A stretch of DNA of 61,969 nt, the filler included, from Hausera hauseri (lineage: Eukaryota), in NCBI GenBank assembly GCA_046269625.1. It is 11 parts of 11 records of this genome, joined end to end, with 100 filler letters (N's around TTAATTAATTAA, not from the genome) between each part and the next. Parts side by side here need not be neighbours in the genome. Positions count along the whole stretch, not along the records: positions 1 to 4,176 come from JBJURY010719324.1; positions 4,277 to 11,614 come from JBJURY010021452.1; positions 11,715 to 15,757 come from JBJURY010721102.1; 8 more parts are not named here. One strand, 5' to 3'. Shown piece after piece: positions 1 through 13,414 of the stretch. Below the pieces are notes generated by a model. The model did not search any database, had not been told where the DNA came from, and saw only the letters and a program-made list of their open reading frames with translations. Every line of letters starts with the position of its first letter. Within the stretch, counting starts at the first letter, position 1. Made by a program: the position numbers and the translations under genes.

Positions 1-2272
1 CCCATGGCGATTTTGATCTCCAAACGATACCATATTTTTCGAGTTCGTTAAACTCTGATTCCACTGCTTTTCGTCTATGAAGAGATAATGGTCCAATCTT
101 TGGTCTGATATATCTTTGATGATGGGTCTTTGAATGACCACCACAACTATGTGGTGATAATTTGTGGATGAAAGCTTAAAGCTAGAATCCTTTTTGAGTG
201 CGCGGAAACAAGACGGAATGATGTAGGATTTGAGATTGGAGTCCAAAGAAAATGACTGAGGCATATCATCAGAGGAGACAGTGACTGTTATTGGCGAAGA
301 ACGACAGACATCACCACCATCAACATTCGGTTTATTCCATTGTTTTAAAATCGACTTAGATACGATAGATGTAATTGAAAAAATGGATAAATTACTAAAT
401 GTATCGTTATCAGCTGACGAAAAATCTGACAAATTCACACATGAGTTAGCAGTCGAAAACAACGGTGTTCCTACTAGGCTGCTTGGTAGGTATTTGTCAG
501 TATCCGCGATTGCCTTTCTGAGTAATAGACAGCCATACTTGCATTCAACTAGCAGATCGTGTGAGGCTAGAAAATCTGAGCCAAATATGGGGAATTTAAT
601 ATTGGCTACGTGGAATTACCAGAAAAACTTGCCTGGCAAGTTGGAGAATGTGAAAACCAGTTCCGTGGTACCTTTGTGCGCAAAGGTTGACCGCTGGCAA
701 TGAAGAGCGGTGGAGAAGAAACTGTAGTAGATGCAGGAGGGAAAGATAATGGAAAAAGCGAAAAAGCAGTTCCTGAATCGATAAGGAAGTTGATATGTGA
801 AATATCGCTAGAGAACAATGCAACTTTTAGCAGAAAAACTGCAGAGGCGGTATTAAGACAGCCAGAAGACTGATCGGTATTGCTTATACCGGAATGTGCC
901 GTGGCATCTGGAGGCATTATTAGATTTTTGAGGATTGTTGGGAAAAGAAAGAAAAGAAGAACAAGGGGGAGAAGATGGAGAAAAATTGAAGTTATTTTTA
1001 TGTTTGCATCCCGGCACACATGACTTAGCCTAAGATTGATATTCTGTGAGATAAACACAGATAGGGCTGTCTACCGCATAACGTTCGTCGTAAAATTGGC
1101 AGCCCAAGACACTTCCTTGCATCCCTGCGGAATTTATTATGATAAACGCAAATCATTCGTCCATCTCGAGATTTGGATCGAAATGAATGCCTGGAAAGGC
1201 TACGATCGCGCGAAACACGGGTCTCACTTCGTCGAAGCGTAGATACATTATTTAGTTGGGCGTGATGGCAGAAATTGAATGTTGTAGTGTCATATTTTTT
1301 CTGGATTAATTGCAGTTGTTGTGCAAAAACAGTTGTATCTAATTGCGTTAAAGCATGCATGGTTGCCGCAGCTACGGGTTGTGAGTTATTAGTTTGTAGA
1401 ATTTCGAAGCTTTTATCAGCCAGTTCGGCAAGTTTTTCAATCGCCATCGAGTCGTCGACAACAGTAAGGAGTGCCCTGATAGAAGTGGGCAAGGAAGAAA
1501 GGAAATACTGACGAAGAAAGTTGGGATTGTTTTCTAAGTTACGCCTAAAGCGCTTAATTGAGTGATAGCAGTTTGTAGAAAGTCGTGTGGCTTTTGAGTG
1601 CCTATAGCGTGCTTGTTAAAGTATTTCTGTATAATGTTATCGATCGACGTGTCGGTAATGTGCAGGACAGATTCATAGAGCATATCGTATGGTGTAAAAA
1701 AGGTTAGTATATCAGCAAGATTTGTGATTTGTTGTTTCATATTTGATGGAAGAAGGAGAAACAGAATGTTAGCGCGCAAGGAGTCTGTTATATGGTTAGC
1801 TTTAAGCCATTGCAAATGAATTTGTAGCCAGGTACGGATAAAATTAGTCTTATCTAGAAAAAAGACTGAGCAAGGAAGGTTCGGAGAAACATGTGGTAAA
1901 GCGCCTGCAATACGAAAGACGGATCTGGTATTAGTGGATTTTTCATCAGAAGTAGGATTGGGGTCAGATCCACCGCGAATGAGAAAATGGAGGGTAAGGT
2001 GAATGATCGGAAAAGTGAAGGAAGAAAGTTGGTCATAAACATTAAGGATAGAGCCATGACGTGATAGATAAGTATGAGGTATGAAGTAAGAATGATAAAG
2101 GTGTATCAAGAGATTGTGCAGTCTCTCTGTGTATCGCACTTATCGTAGTAACGTGTTGGTTATTTATGACAACAAAAAATAAAGGTGGTTGTAGGGTAAT
2201 GCCAGGAGAATGTTGGGGTGCGTGGACTGTAGGCGCACCGAGGTTCCCGGCCAGGTGATATTTGGGCTGCAT
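1..2272 (-). mobile_element. Ty3/Gypsy LTR retrotransposon (CsRn1/Kabuki-like), copy A: UBL-gag-protease-start of RT, decayed
   Basis: Gag ORFs 1534-2139 and 1025-1492 (WLQIHLQWLKANHITD, GTQKPHDFL, IRALLTVVDD, CVYHNKFRRDARKC); aspartic protease FLIDSGTAFSLFP in ORF 606-1058; RT N-terminus near 1-140; homologous to copies at 22.4, 39.3 and 50 kb; stops and frameshifts present. Confidence 0.9.
1969..2190 (-). other. Ubiquitin-like domain ending in di-glycine, fused to Gag N-terminus (copy A)
   Basis: LFFVVINNQHVTTISA...TAQSL (ORF 2042-2272), frameshift, then YLSRHGSILN...IIHLTLHFLIRGG|SDPNP in frame with gag; IRGG at 1980-1969. Confidence 0.7.
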
Positions 2273-3090
2273 GGCCGGGAGAAAATGGCCAAAGCCGATG
2301 CCCGGTGGCCAATGTTCGATAATAAATCGTTGTCGAAACTTTTGATGGCGTGTTGCATTTGAGGTACAACATCATTCGGTGATGAAGGAAGGGACATTTT
2401 ATTACATTCGGGTTCTTTAAGCTGACTGTGAGCAAATCGATTTTCTTTGTTGAATCGTATAATATAGACCTGCGACAGATGTTCAATTGTTTTAACTTAT
2501 TTATCAGTTCCTCTATTTCGTGCACAGATAGTCTTTTGTATATCGTCGACCAATTAATCAAGTAGTATACGCCATCTTTGCGTCGCACTAACACATTGCA
2601 CGAATTTCCAATGGCACAGTCGACATTTGGAATATTAGCATTAATATATATTTCGATTTTTGACGCAAACAGTATAAAGATTATGTTGCATTGGGTCCAT
2701 AACGTCATGGCCAGTATGTGCGGTCAAATTGGTGCAACTAGATCCGGAACTGCAAACGCTTTCATCAAAAGTCCGACGCATGTCTTTTGGGTTTGACGTT
2801 TGACTTGGCCGACGAAAAGAAAGATTAGCGACATATTCGATAAACTTTATTCGTTTTTTGGAATCGCAAATAAACATGTTTTCGATCAGATTCTGGGAAC
2901 CTTCGTAATTTCGTTTTGCGTGACTTGGATGATTAAGGCATCGACCGTATAGAAATCCGTAATCAACGCCCAAAATATTCCTCAACAACCTCTGACCAGG
3001 ATTCACATAAATGTTCTTTTTAATCGCCGCAGCACAGTTCATTTTAGGTTTAAACAGATTATCTGTCGTCTTATCAAAAATCGAAGCCAC
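2160..3090 (-). CDS. Unknown ORF pair upstream of the UBL-gag of copy A (probable frameshifted cargo region)
   Basis: Overlapping 149-aa and 182-aa ORFs on the same strand directly 5' of the UBL; no recognised domain. Confidence 0.3.
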
Positions 3091-4176
3091 AAGATTAAAA
3101 TTATTTCTGGTTCTTCTGATTGGTTCTGACTATGATCAACATTCAGCTTGTCATCCTAATCAACGTCGCTGGAAATTTGATTTATAGTTCCGTTCAATAC
3201 TATCTCGACATCATTTTCATGGTTTTCATACGCTATTTTACAAGCCTCTATGTAACTCTCTGTGAGGAAGAATTGAAACGGATATTTACATTTAAATTTA
3301 ATTCCAAGGTAATTCAGTAAACAGCCAACAGAAAGTCAGGAAATTCAGAAAAGAAGGAAAATAAGCATCATATCCCGAGTGAAGGAAATAAATGTTATAT
3401 AAAACTTTTATAATAAATCTCTTATGGACAATTCTATTTTACAATCTTCAAGTGACGTGGAGGTTGGGATGGTAGAGACTAGATCTATTAACACTCTCGA
3501 TTTCCCGATCATTGACCATATAATCTTCATTTAACAATAGATCACACATATGTATTTGTTGAAAATTAATTTTCAACTCTGTCTTTACTGTGATTTATAT
3601 GTATACAGAAAGTTTTATTCAAATTGTCACTATAATCCAAATGTGATATTTGAAAATTTCGAAAAGAAAAGTACTGAACTGTTGTAAGTACCTTTTGGAA
3701 TTGAAGGATGGAAAGCAAACAAACACAAGATTACAGTTATTCACATGGTTGTCCTTTACATACTGGCGACTAACGCCACATGATAAAAAATCGGATACTT
3801 TGATGCTATGATCTATAAGATAAAATGATGTTTTATGCCAAATGCAATTTGATAATTTTTTATAATACGTGTCAAAAGGTGCAGCCAGTCCAGTGCATAT
3901 TATGACCGCTTGTTCGTTGACATTAATGTTTTTAGACTATACAATTTGCGTCGGCAATTGAACCACACATAACACTCCTGGAATCCATGACCAAAATACC
4001 TGTATTTTCATTAGCTCTATTACAGCATCCGGTAAATGGATTGCTCCGTGATTAATTCCATTAATAATACAGATTTTACCACATACAATATTATGGTCCA
4101 CAACCATACTTGATAAGTCTCTGAAACAATTAGACTTCGAATTCAGTTTCAGGAATATAAACCTTGGTGTAATATT

Positions 4177-4276
4177 NNNNNNNNNNNNNNNNNNNNNNNN
4201 NNNNNNNNNNNNNNNNNNNNTTAATTAATTAANNNNNNNNNNNNNNNNNNNNNNNNNNNNNNNNNNNNNNNNNNNN
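4177..4276. other. Artificial contig-joining spacer (N44-TTAATTAATTAA-N44); same at 11615-11714, 15758-15857, 20644-20743, 24720-24819, 36288-36387, 40511-40610, 44993-45092, 51219-51318, 55838-55937
   Basis: Identical 100-bp structure ten times; the 12-mer puts stops in all six frames. Confidence 0.99.
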
Positions 4277-5282
4277 GAGAATGTTACTTCAATTGGAAAA
4301 TTCTATGGTCTTATAGAAACTATTTTAAAACTATCCCCAGTAAAAAATTAGAAATTCAAATATTACATGCTAATTCCGAATACGAACAATTCATACTGAC
4401 TCACCGCAATACCATTGGTATTTAAATTCATTTAAATAAAAAAGTATTCAATAATTAGAAGAATCGAACGTCCAAAAATTTTTTAAAAAAGTGTACTCTA
4501 AACAAACTGGTAAAGAATGTTCTTATTTCACCAATCAGTAGATAAGAAGTTCTTCAAACTCATTGAACATATGTAAACAGTTGTTCAACGTACAAAACGT
4601 ACGTTTAAATTATTGAAGAAGAAAACCGACTATTTGTCAGCTCTGGTACCAAACGGATGTTGCCATACATATTATAAATTAACATCGGACCAGGTGATAT
4701 CAAATAAATACTAACTTTCAATCGTTGGATCTCCTGCTGGTGCTCTGATTTTATTCGTCACAAACTTTCTCATATTCTGACTGAATAATTTTTAATTCTA
4801 CAGAAAGTTGGTATTTTAACTCTGTGGTATAACTCAAATGAAAATTTCATTGGGAAAAGCAACTACAATTTCAAACAAGAATTATGAATTCATGGACATT
4901 TAATACAGTATTGACTTAACGACTTACGACTAAAATATTATAAAGTCGCTGGGAAAAGATGAGCATTTAATTCCTTAAAATGAGACCTCGAAAATGGTGT
5001 AAAGTCAATTCCTTCACACGGTGAATCATTTCCGAAATTTGACTATACATTAAAACTTAAAGTTTATCGAACGTCTCCACAAACCGTTCTGAATCTTTTG
5101 ATAGCTTATTTTATTGCTGATATCATTTTGCTTCCTTTGAACTCACCTAAATGCGTATCATCAAAATGGTTGTTAAGTTTCTTAGAATAGATATTATTGA
5201 ATGAATTTTGGAATTTGAAAAATAAAACGTTTGTTTTAAGATTATTATGTTCTGTTATTAGCTTTGATATTTTTACTGTGGT

Positions 5283-5307
5283 ATTACAATGGTTTCAGAA
5301 GTGGGAT
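5283..5307 (+). promoter_or_regulatory. Relic LTR end plus tRNA-Leu-type primer-binding site
   Basis: ATTACA-A-TGGTTTCAGAAGTGGGAT, one mismatch to the common Gypsy Leu PBS TGGTGTCAGAAGTGGGAT; no intact ORF follows. Confidence 0.55.
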
Positions 5308-5860
5308 TCTAATCTCAAAAGCTGGGATTTCGAAGGGTAAACATCTCAACGTAAATATGCCGTACATAGTGTAAAAGATACCGATGATGTATGGATTCGG
5401 GTTATTCCATGTGACAAAAAGAGCAAAACCTTGCTTCCTTTATTGATGGGTCAATCTGTTAAGCCACAGGCTAAACCCGACAAACCTTCCCCAGTAACAA
5501 ATCTGAGGATACAACATAAGGATTTAAGACTTTCTGCACGTCTACACCTCTAATCAAAGGTGCTTGTGAAGCTGTAAAATGGATCCATGATTCTTTAGTA
5601 GTTATGATCCCGATCAAAACTACAGACGATAAGATAGGTTCAATCGTTTTCAGTCTACTTAAACCTGTAACAAATGACTATGTTGTACCTGATTATTATC
5701 TGGAATTACTAAATCGACGGAACAAGAATTGTCCCTTATTAAATTAATTAAAACAGATACGTCTACAACAGTGTCCGACAAAATTAACAACTTGCAGTCT
5801 GAAAGTCTTTATCGTTAGCGACCACTAGATGTAAACTGGAAATATTATCTCAACAAATAA

Positions 5861-8800
5861 GCTGTTATTTTACCAAAATGTACACAATTTCTTTGGTGGG
5901 ACTATTACCATACTGTTACTAATCAATCACATAAAGGTGATGTTGATATTGAATGGATACCACACGATAAAATTGACTCAGTTCCAAGAGAATATATTAT
6001 ATATGAAAGAGAAGGTCCCAATCTTGATTGGAAAGAGTTAGATAGATTTAGGAAACCAGTCAGTAGAATAACAGTATCCGACAAATCTCCAGACAAACAA
6101 TATTACTACGGTATAGCTGAAATCTCTGGAGATAGAATAGGTAATATAGTAAGTACTCCAGAACCAGTTGTTTTTGCAAGTCCAAAATTCGATAAACAGT
6201 ATGAATACCCTTTACAAATTAAGCTGAAAGATAATTACATGAAACCACGGGAAATAACTTGGGAACCGTCGTTTGATTTTGATTTTACTAAACGTTACTT
6301 TGTTGATATCCAGCCATCGAACAAAGATTATTGGTACAGCATTGGAGAAGTTATTCCAGGAATGACAAGTTTCGCTATTCCACATTATTATGATGACAAA
6401 AATATTAAAGCACGAATTCAAGTTCAGGAAGATATTGGAAAATACAGCCCAATAAGTCGGGATTTAGTGATTCCATCAACGAATTATGAGAATTTCAAAA
6501 TTTATCCCCATAGACTTTTACCGACTAGTTATTCATATATCCCTGTTGAAGACGAAGTATATATTCCCAGACAAAATCTTAACTACTATGTACCAGAAAG
6601 ATTTGATAACATATTCAGTAAGCCTGTTGACCGTGTGAAGATTCCAGATATTTCTACAATTGATTCAATAATTCCATTAACAAATTACGTTTGTCCATCA
6701 GCCCCTATCGGATCAATAAATATTATTCCACAAACAGACTCAAAGATCCGATTGATGTGGCAGCCATACACAGTCACACGAACCGAACATGTTTCACCAA
6801 GTTTTATATTAGAATCTCGACCAGTTGGTATGGACGACCTTTGGAAATTTGAAGCAGATATTGAACCATTTGCCAAACATTTTGAGCTTCCGAAACCATC
6901 AGTGGATACAATGTATCGCATTAGAGCAAGAGTAGGAGATATATACAGTGCTCCGATAAGTGGATTGTACAAAGTTAGAGATATCGACTATGAATATCCA
7001 AAGTACGTTGAACCATTATCTAAACCTGATGTTTCGTACATTCCTGATATCAGTGGTTTTGAAATTAAATGGATCTCAATGCCAACTGCAAAAATATCAG
7101 ATTATCCGATAGATTACGTTGTTCAACTAAAAATAAACAATTTACCAATTTGGGATACCATTGCAACAGTTCCAGCGTCCATAACAAAAATGCATTATTA
7201 CGACATTAAACCAGAAATAATTTATCAGTTCCGAGTTATTCCAAGATTCAGAACAGCGTTTATTCCAGAATATGGCGTTACCACTGACTACATTAGTATA
7301 CCACAATCTGATAGTTACGAAAGAAGGCACAGTTTGAAATCTAAGCCCTATGATAAAATAGAGAACCTGTACAATTTACCTAATGTTGAAGAAAGGGATT
7401 CTCATAGAAATGAATGGATCAAACTGCAGCGTAAAAAAGTGAAACGACCAGATATTGACGAATCAGAAGGCTTCATTTACTATCGTTCATACAGCGATGA
7501 ACAACCAACGAAAATTATGAAGTATTTCTCAGTTCCAGAAAGTAAAGGTAAATTTTCAAACAATATTAACATATTTATTGTCAATTTTTTATTTAGTCCA
7601 AATAAAACCACTTCAACCAATATCTTTAATGGCATCCAGAATGCCTATATCCGATCAAGTAATATTGAATTGGATTCCAGCGATACATACAGATACTCAT
7701 GGTGCACCGACGAGTTATCTAATTGAATACCGTCCTCAAAAAGAACGAAATTGGAAATATTTAATGGAAGTTGATTCATCGAATGTCAGATATGTACATA
7801 CTGGATTAAAGCCTGACGTGGAATACGAATTTCGAATAATCAGTCAAAATGCTTATGGAAGAAGTGAACCTTTGGAAACTTTGATGTCTGTTCATGGTAC
7901 GTAAGCATTTATGATTTTTGTAATATTGACAATAACTCGGTTTATTAATTTTACTTTGTGTTACATTTATTTTACTAACGCTGAATCAATTTGTCTTATT
8001 TTATTATACTTTATAAAAGTCATAATTTCCATCATTTCACTTATAGTCAGTATTGGATTTGACTTATTAGCGCCCAGTGTAAAGCTTTTTTGATGCCCCT
8101 TTTTACTTTTCCGTTATCGACATTTTCTGATTTTTCGAAAAGTATGAATCAATTCTTTTCTGTGACTTAGTCTCCTTTAATTTGTCTTGAACCGTTTTTT
8201 GGCGGAGTCAACAAATAACAAAAATGTTATAAGTTCATGTTGTGTGTACCTATGTCTAGCTTCTGTTTTACCAGTATGGAGATTTCGAAATAATGTAAAA
8301 TAGAGAAATCAGTTATTGATGAAACTTTACAAAATTTCACATTATTAATTTTTACAGTTTTCATTGTACAGCTGATTTTCTATTTGTGNNNNNNNNNNTG
8401 TGACAGCCATAGCGTAGACGGGAAGCAATTTGAAACCTATGTTTGTAGGAACCGTTTATCCATTTCATGTTTGGCATATGTTGCTGGTGTATCCGGTAGA
8501 ATGCGAAGGTTTAATCGCGAAGATAATGTTCCTACCTTTAGAAAACGTTATTTCTAAGATGTGTACGACTGGTACTGAATAGGAGTCATACGTTAAAATG
8601 GTTACGAGTTAAGAAATATCTATTGATGGTAAAATGAATTTTGATATAAACAATTATTATGAAACATACATTTGTACAATATAATCAAACTGATTTCAAT
8701 GAGTAAATTCTAATGACAGTATATTTGGTTTCTATTGTATTGGATGGCCGAAAGTTGTTGCATTGGAACGAAATTTGTTTTAGTAATTATCTATAGCTGT

Positions 8801-11614
8801 TCAAACATGTAAAAGTACTTTGATTTGTATTTCATTCACATTTCCGTAAGCTTTTGGGAATTAATTTATTTTATGTGCGTTACCTTCCGTAAAAACGGTT
8901 AATGATAATAGCATTATTAAGAGTCATTTCGCTGAGTCTTTTCGACTTTTAAAGCTTTTCAATTACAAAATAAAATATGATCCATATGTATTTGCCATTT
9001 CCCATTTTTACGTATTACTGTATTTTTATATTACTTGATGTTTGAAATTAATCGACTACTTCAATCTTTATATTTGAATTCTTTGTTCTTTTTATATTTG
9101 CATTGACGTTTATCTTATTGTTGTTATATTTATTAATGATTTTCTAACGATTTAGAACCAATAGATGTAAAGATTCCCCAAGATTCGATCAGGTTACTAC
9201 CTATAGCACCGGACAGGTACAAAATCAAATGGGAACCAATTGAAGAAACTAAAGTTCCTCTGGCTGGTTATCGAATAGAAATGTTCGATGTTGATAAGGA
9301 TTATCAATGGAGACTTTTAGATACAGTTCCATACTATGAAACAGATTACTTAATTACGTCATTAAAGCCATCATCGCATTACAAATTCAGGGTCTCGCCA
9401 GTATTCTATGATAAGATTGGAATTCCTTCTGAGTATTCAAAAGTGTTCCGAACAGATGTTATTAAGTCTTTCGAAATTCCGTCCGTAACTAATTTGATTT
9501 ATACTAAATTTAAAAACCGTTTATTAAAATTGAAATGGGAATCAGATATGTCTCCATCCAGCATTGATACAGTTGAATATATAATTGATCTTAAACGTCG
9601 CGGCGAATATTCCTGGACGAATGTTGGTTATGTTTCCAATATCTCAGAAACCAGTATTCCATTAGACTATGTTAGACAGTTAAAACCTTCACACATACGT
9701 ATAACGGCGTCCACATCAAGAGGCTATTCAACTCCTTTTGTTATCGAAATACCTGAAGATGTGTATTTGATCAAAGAGACCACGTATGACTATTATCCAA
9801 TCGATGTAAAATACTCTCGATTGACACCAGCATCGTTGAGATTAGATTGGAAATTACCTAGCCATATTACGCGTGAAGGATTGATGGAATACTACACAAT
9901 AGAAGTCAAGGATGTTTATTCTCATTTGTGGAAGCCTATAGTTTCGGTTAAAGCAAGTCAAGGGTTTTTTTTCGTTGACAATCTAATCCCAATTATGGAT
10001 TATGAATTTCGAATAAGACCAAAACTTCGAGAAATAGATTCTGTTAGTTTTAAAACATTAATTGTTCCAAAATATCAATACGATGAATATGAGTCTTTAC
10101 CAGTATCACCAAAATCTTTGACGATTAAACCATTGTTTAGTGTAGTTCTTTTGAAATGGAGCTATGATGAATGGCAGCCAGGAGTACGATACATTGTTGA
10201 AAGATCGTTAAAAAGTGAAGGTTTCTCAAAATGGGTACCAGTTAAAATGGAATATATTGACGATTTTCAACTATATATTCCTGACATCGATAATTCGCTC
10301 TATGAATTTCGATTTATTGCAGTAAATTCTAGAGACGAAAGAAGTAATCCTACATACATGGAACGAACATTAGTTACTATTGATGATTATATTCAAAGTT
10401 CGGTAAAGAAACGACCAAACATAAAAATTGATGAAAGTGAGGTGACTTATCGTGAAGGTTTTCCTGCAATTTTCACAACTTATTTTGAAAAGGATTCCGA
10501 TACTTGGGTTCAATGGCTACATAATGGAACCCTCGTTCGATCAGGTCATAAATACCAAATAATTGAGGAAAATGATCGAAGTATTTTGAAGATCTTCAGT
10601 GTGTCTCTTGCAGATACTGGTCTTGTTTCGTGTCAAATATATTCTGGAGTCGATTATGAAATAAGAACGTGTCTATTAATTGTTGAAAGAATTCCAAAAT
10701 TCATCAAACGCTCAACATTGTTCCAAGACTATATATTAAACGTTGGTGAAGAATTTTTATTCAAAATTCCAATTGGATATTCAACTTTACCGTTAATTGA
10801 AGTGTATAAAAACGATTGTTTGTTAGTGGACACAACAAGAATAACATGGAAAATCGTTGAAAATTTCTTGATAATTAAAATCACTGAAGTAACTGTTGAC
10901 GATCATGGACATTACAGAATTGTCATGCGCAATAAAATGGGTTCTGATTATTTAACATTCTTCTTGATAATCAATGGCAAACCGCGAAAACCTCTCTATC
11001 AACCTCAAGTGAGTGAACACGATTGTGTCATTATCGTTGATTGGGAATATGAGTGGAAAGACAGCGTTATTTACTATGAAATTGAATACAAACACGAAGA
11101 TGGTGAATGGATTTTCTTAGCAAGATCTGTTGCCAATAAGTACGTTATAAACATATTCTCAGATATTTTCCGTGATGTTGGATGGTATCAATTCCGCTAC
11201 CGTGCTGTGAATCGACACGGAACCAGCGACCCATCCCCATTGTCTGAAGGGATAATCATACGTGATAGAAAATTCGCCTATGACTATTCAGTATTGGATA
11301 GAAAGTCCTCGAATATAATCAAAACGGACTTTGAAACGGATTATGAAGTTATAGAAGAGTTATTACGTACTCCGACATCGTCCATTAATAAAGCTCGTCA
11401 TAGAATCACCGGTGATTATGCACTAAGTGAAATAATGGAACCAACTGTATATGATCAGTACGATGAATACATAAAGAAACATCGTCGATTGGTCGATGAG
11501 AGTAAAGTGCGACTTAATGTTCAAAAAACAAATTTTGTTGACCATAAAGTGATGAAAAACATGTATGACCAAACATCTGTCAATGAAACTTTAACTAAAC
11601 ATCGAATTTCGGGA
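5861..11614 (+). CDS. Titin/twitchin/projectin-like giant muscle protein, partial (FN3 repeats, 2 Ig domains, FN3, start of kinase-like domain); exons ~5861-7547, 7597-7896, 9156->11614
   Basis: Repeated FN3 signatures (W..P, Y.IE, LKP...YEFRI, YQFRYRAVNRHGTSDPS); Ig signatures (WLHNG...DTGLVSC; DDHGHYRIVMRNKMG); GT-AG introns 7548-7596 (49 bp) and 7897-9155 join the three ORFs in phase. Confidence 0.85.
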
Positions 11615-12638
11615 NNNNNNNNNNNNNNNNNNNNNNNNNNNNNNNNNNNNNNNNNNNNTTAATTAATTAANNNNNNNNNNNNNNNNNNNNNNNNNNNNNN
11701 NNNNNNNNNNNNNNGCATTAACTATTTCAGCAGGAGAATGAACGAGTCCATCTGAATTAGTTACATGGCAATGTTGCTTGAAACAAATCCTATCTGTTGA
11801 CTGCCACGTTGAAATGTTGGAATCACAACCTTTGACAAAATCTTCCACAAACCGCATTTGACGTGGATTGTCATCCAAGGACTCCAATCTCCGATAAGTG
11901 CGAAAAATCTGGCCGAATATCGTGTCCATGTCACCAACAAACTGCTTCATATGTCGTAGATAAGGTTCTCGTGCACTGGAATTTTCTTCAGCACGCTGGA
12001 GTATTTATTCGGGCGAACAGTATCGTGCATCGTGTAAAGGTCGATCAAGATCGTAAAGGTGACTCTGCAGACAGTCGAACGAGTGACATAAACGAATGAG
12101 TTCTCTTAAATTGGATATGTCATAATGTCATACCGTAAAGAAGCACAAGTATTTATATTGAAATGTAACAAATAAATTATATTAATTCACGAAAACAAGC
12201 ATATCAAAATAATATATATTTGTGATTAAATACGGTCAATCAGTTTTTTCAATACAATACAAAACGAAGCAGTAAATACAAGTCCAATGAGGAAATTAAT
12301 ACGTCGTTGTCGTTTTCGTCTCATTTCATCCTCGGTACATTTTACGAAGAGAGATCTGACTCAATTCAATATACTCTAGCCTGCTCAGTATTCTCGTTTC
12401 TGTGAGCTCACATAAAAACTGTACATCAAACATATGTCCGGTCAAAATGTCATCGGTTAATCTCTGAATTTCACTTTCAATATACTCTTCCATTTGATTT
12501 ATACAAATTAAGTGGTGAGAATTGTAAATGTTTATAGCTGAGTAAGTTAAGTCTTGAGACCACAACAACAACCACCACCACTACCATAGAAGGAGCGGTA
12601 TAAGGTACGATTTAAGTGAATTTTAATTTAAATTATAA

Positions 12639-13414
12639 ATGCGTATATATATTTGTATGACATTTAACATTTACTTTAATTTGTTTCTCATTCAGAAATG
12701 CAAGCAATATCTCATGTATTGCGTCTCTCGCATACATGAGGTGGATCAGTGCTATCAAGAGATGGTGAAGTACTACAAAATTGGCACGGACACGTATGTG
12801 TGTCCAACGTGTGATGTTACAACCCACTGTCCTTATCCCGATTTTTATGAGGTGCACAAGCATCATCTTGGGCCGTTGTGCATTGCCCCACGTACCCGCG
12901 ATACTATAGTAATAGAGTGCATGACGTTGATGCTTGCCATAGTGTAATGGAACAGTACTATGGTGCTACAACGGTGCACGGTAAACGGACCTGCCTTTGC
13001 CCCGGTTGTTGTTCTATAGCTGATGAAATCAACCATGAAAAATTTTATAATCTACGCAAAGGCCACTTAAACCAGTTTAAGCGGTCGAATAAACAACTAG
13101 CTATAGACTCAACCAGTAGCAGCAGTAGCAGCCGCTCAATAACCAGTAGGAAACGTCAGACTTCAGCAAGTCTTGACGACTTAATTAGAAACAGTACCGA
13201 GCAACAGTATCAACAAAAACAAGAGCAACAACAACAAGAACAGGAGCAACAGAATGCCAATCTGCCCAATATTACAGTCACGTACGATCTGTTCAGATCG
13301 TACGTGGACATAAATAGCGAACATATCTGCGAAAACAACAACAACAACAATGCAGATGAGACATGTTCCGCAAAATATGCGCAACGGTTTGGAATCAGAA
13401 GTGGAGAAATTTGA
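12639..13414 (+). CDS. Cys/His-rich tandem-motif ORF(s) upstream of pPolB (Polinton-like element)
   Basis: Two similar units: RIHEVDQCYQEMVKYY..CPTC..FYEVHKHHL and RVHDVDACHSVMEQYY..CPGC..FYNLRKGHL, in frameshifted ORFs. Confidence 0.45.

Noticed and set aside
4221-4232. Recurrent TTAATTAATTAA palindrome every few kb as a biological repeat or CRISPR-like array
   Set aside because: Always centred in exactly 44+44 Ns; it is an assembly linker, and ORFs running into X residues are artefacts
11715-12120. Minus-strand ORF as a Polinton capsid, ATPase or primase
   Set aside because: No diagnostic motif; truncated by the contig end
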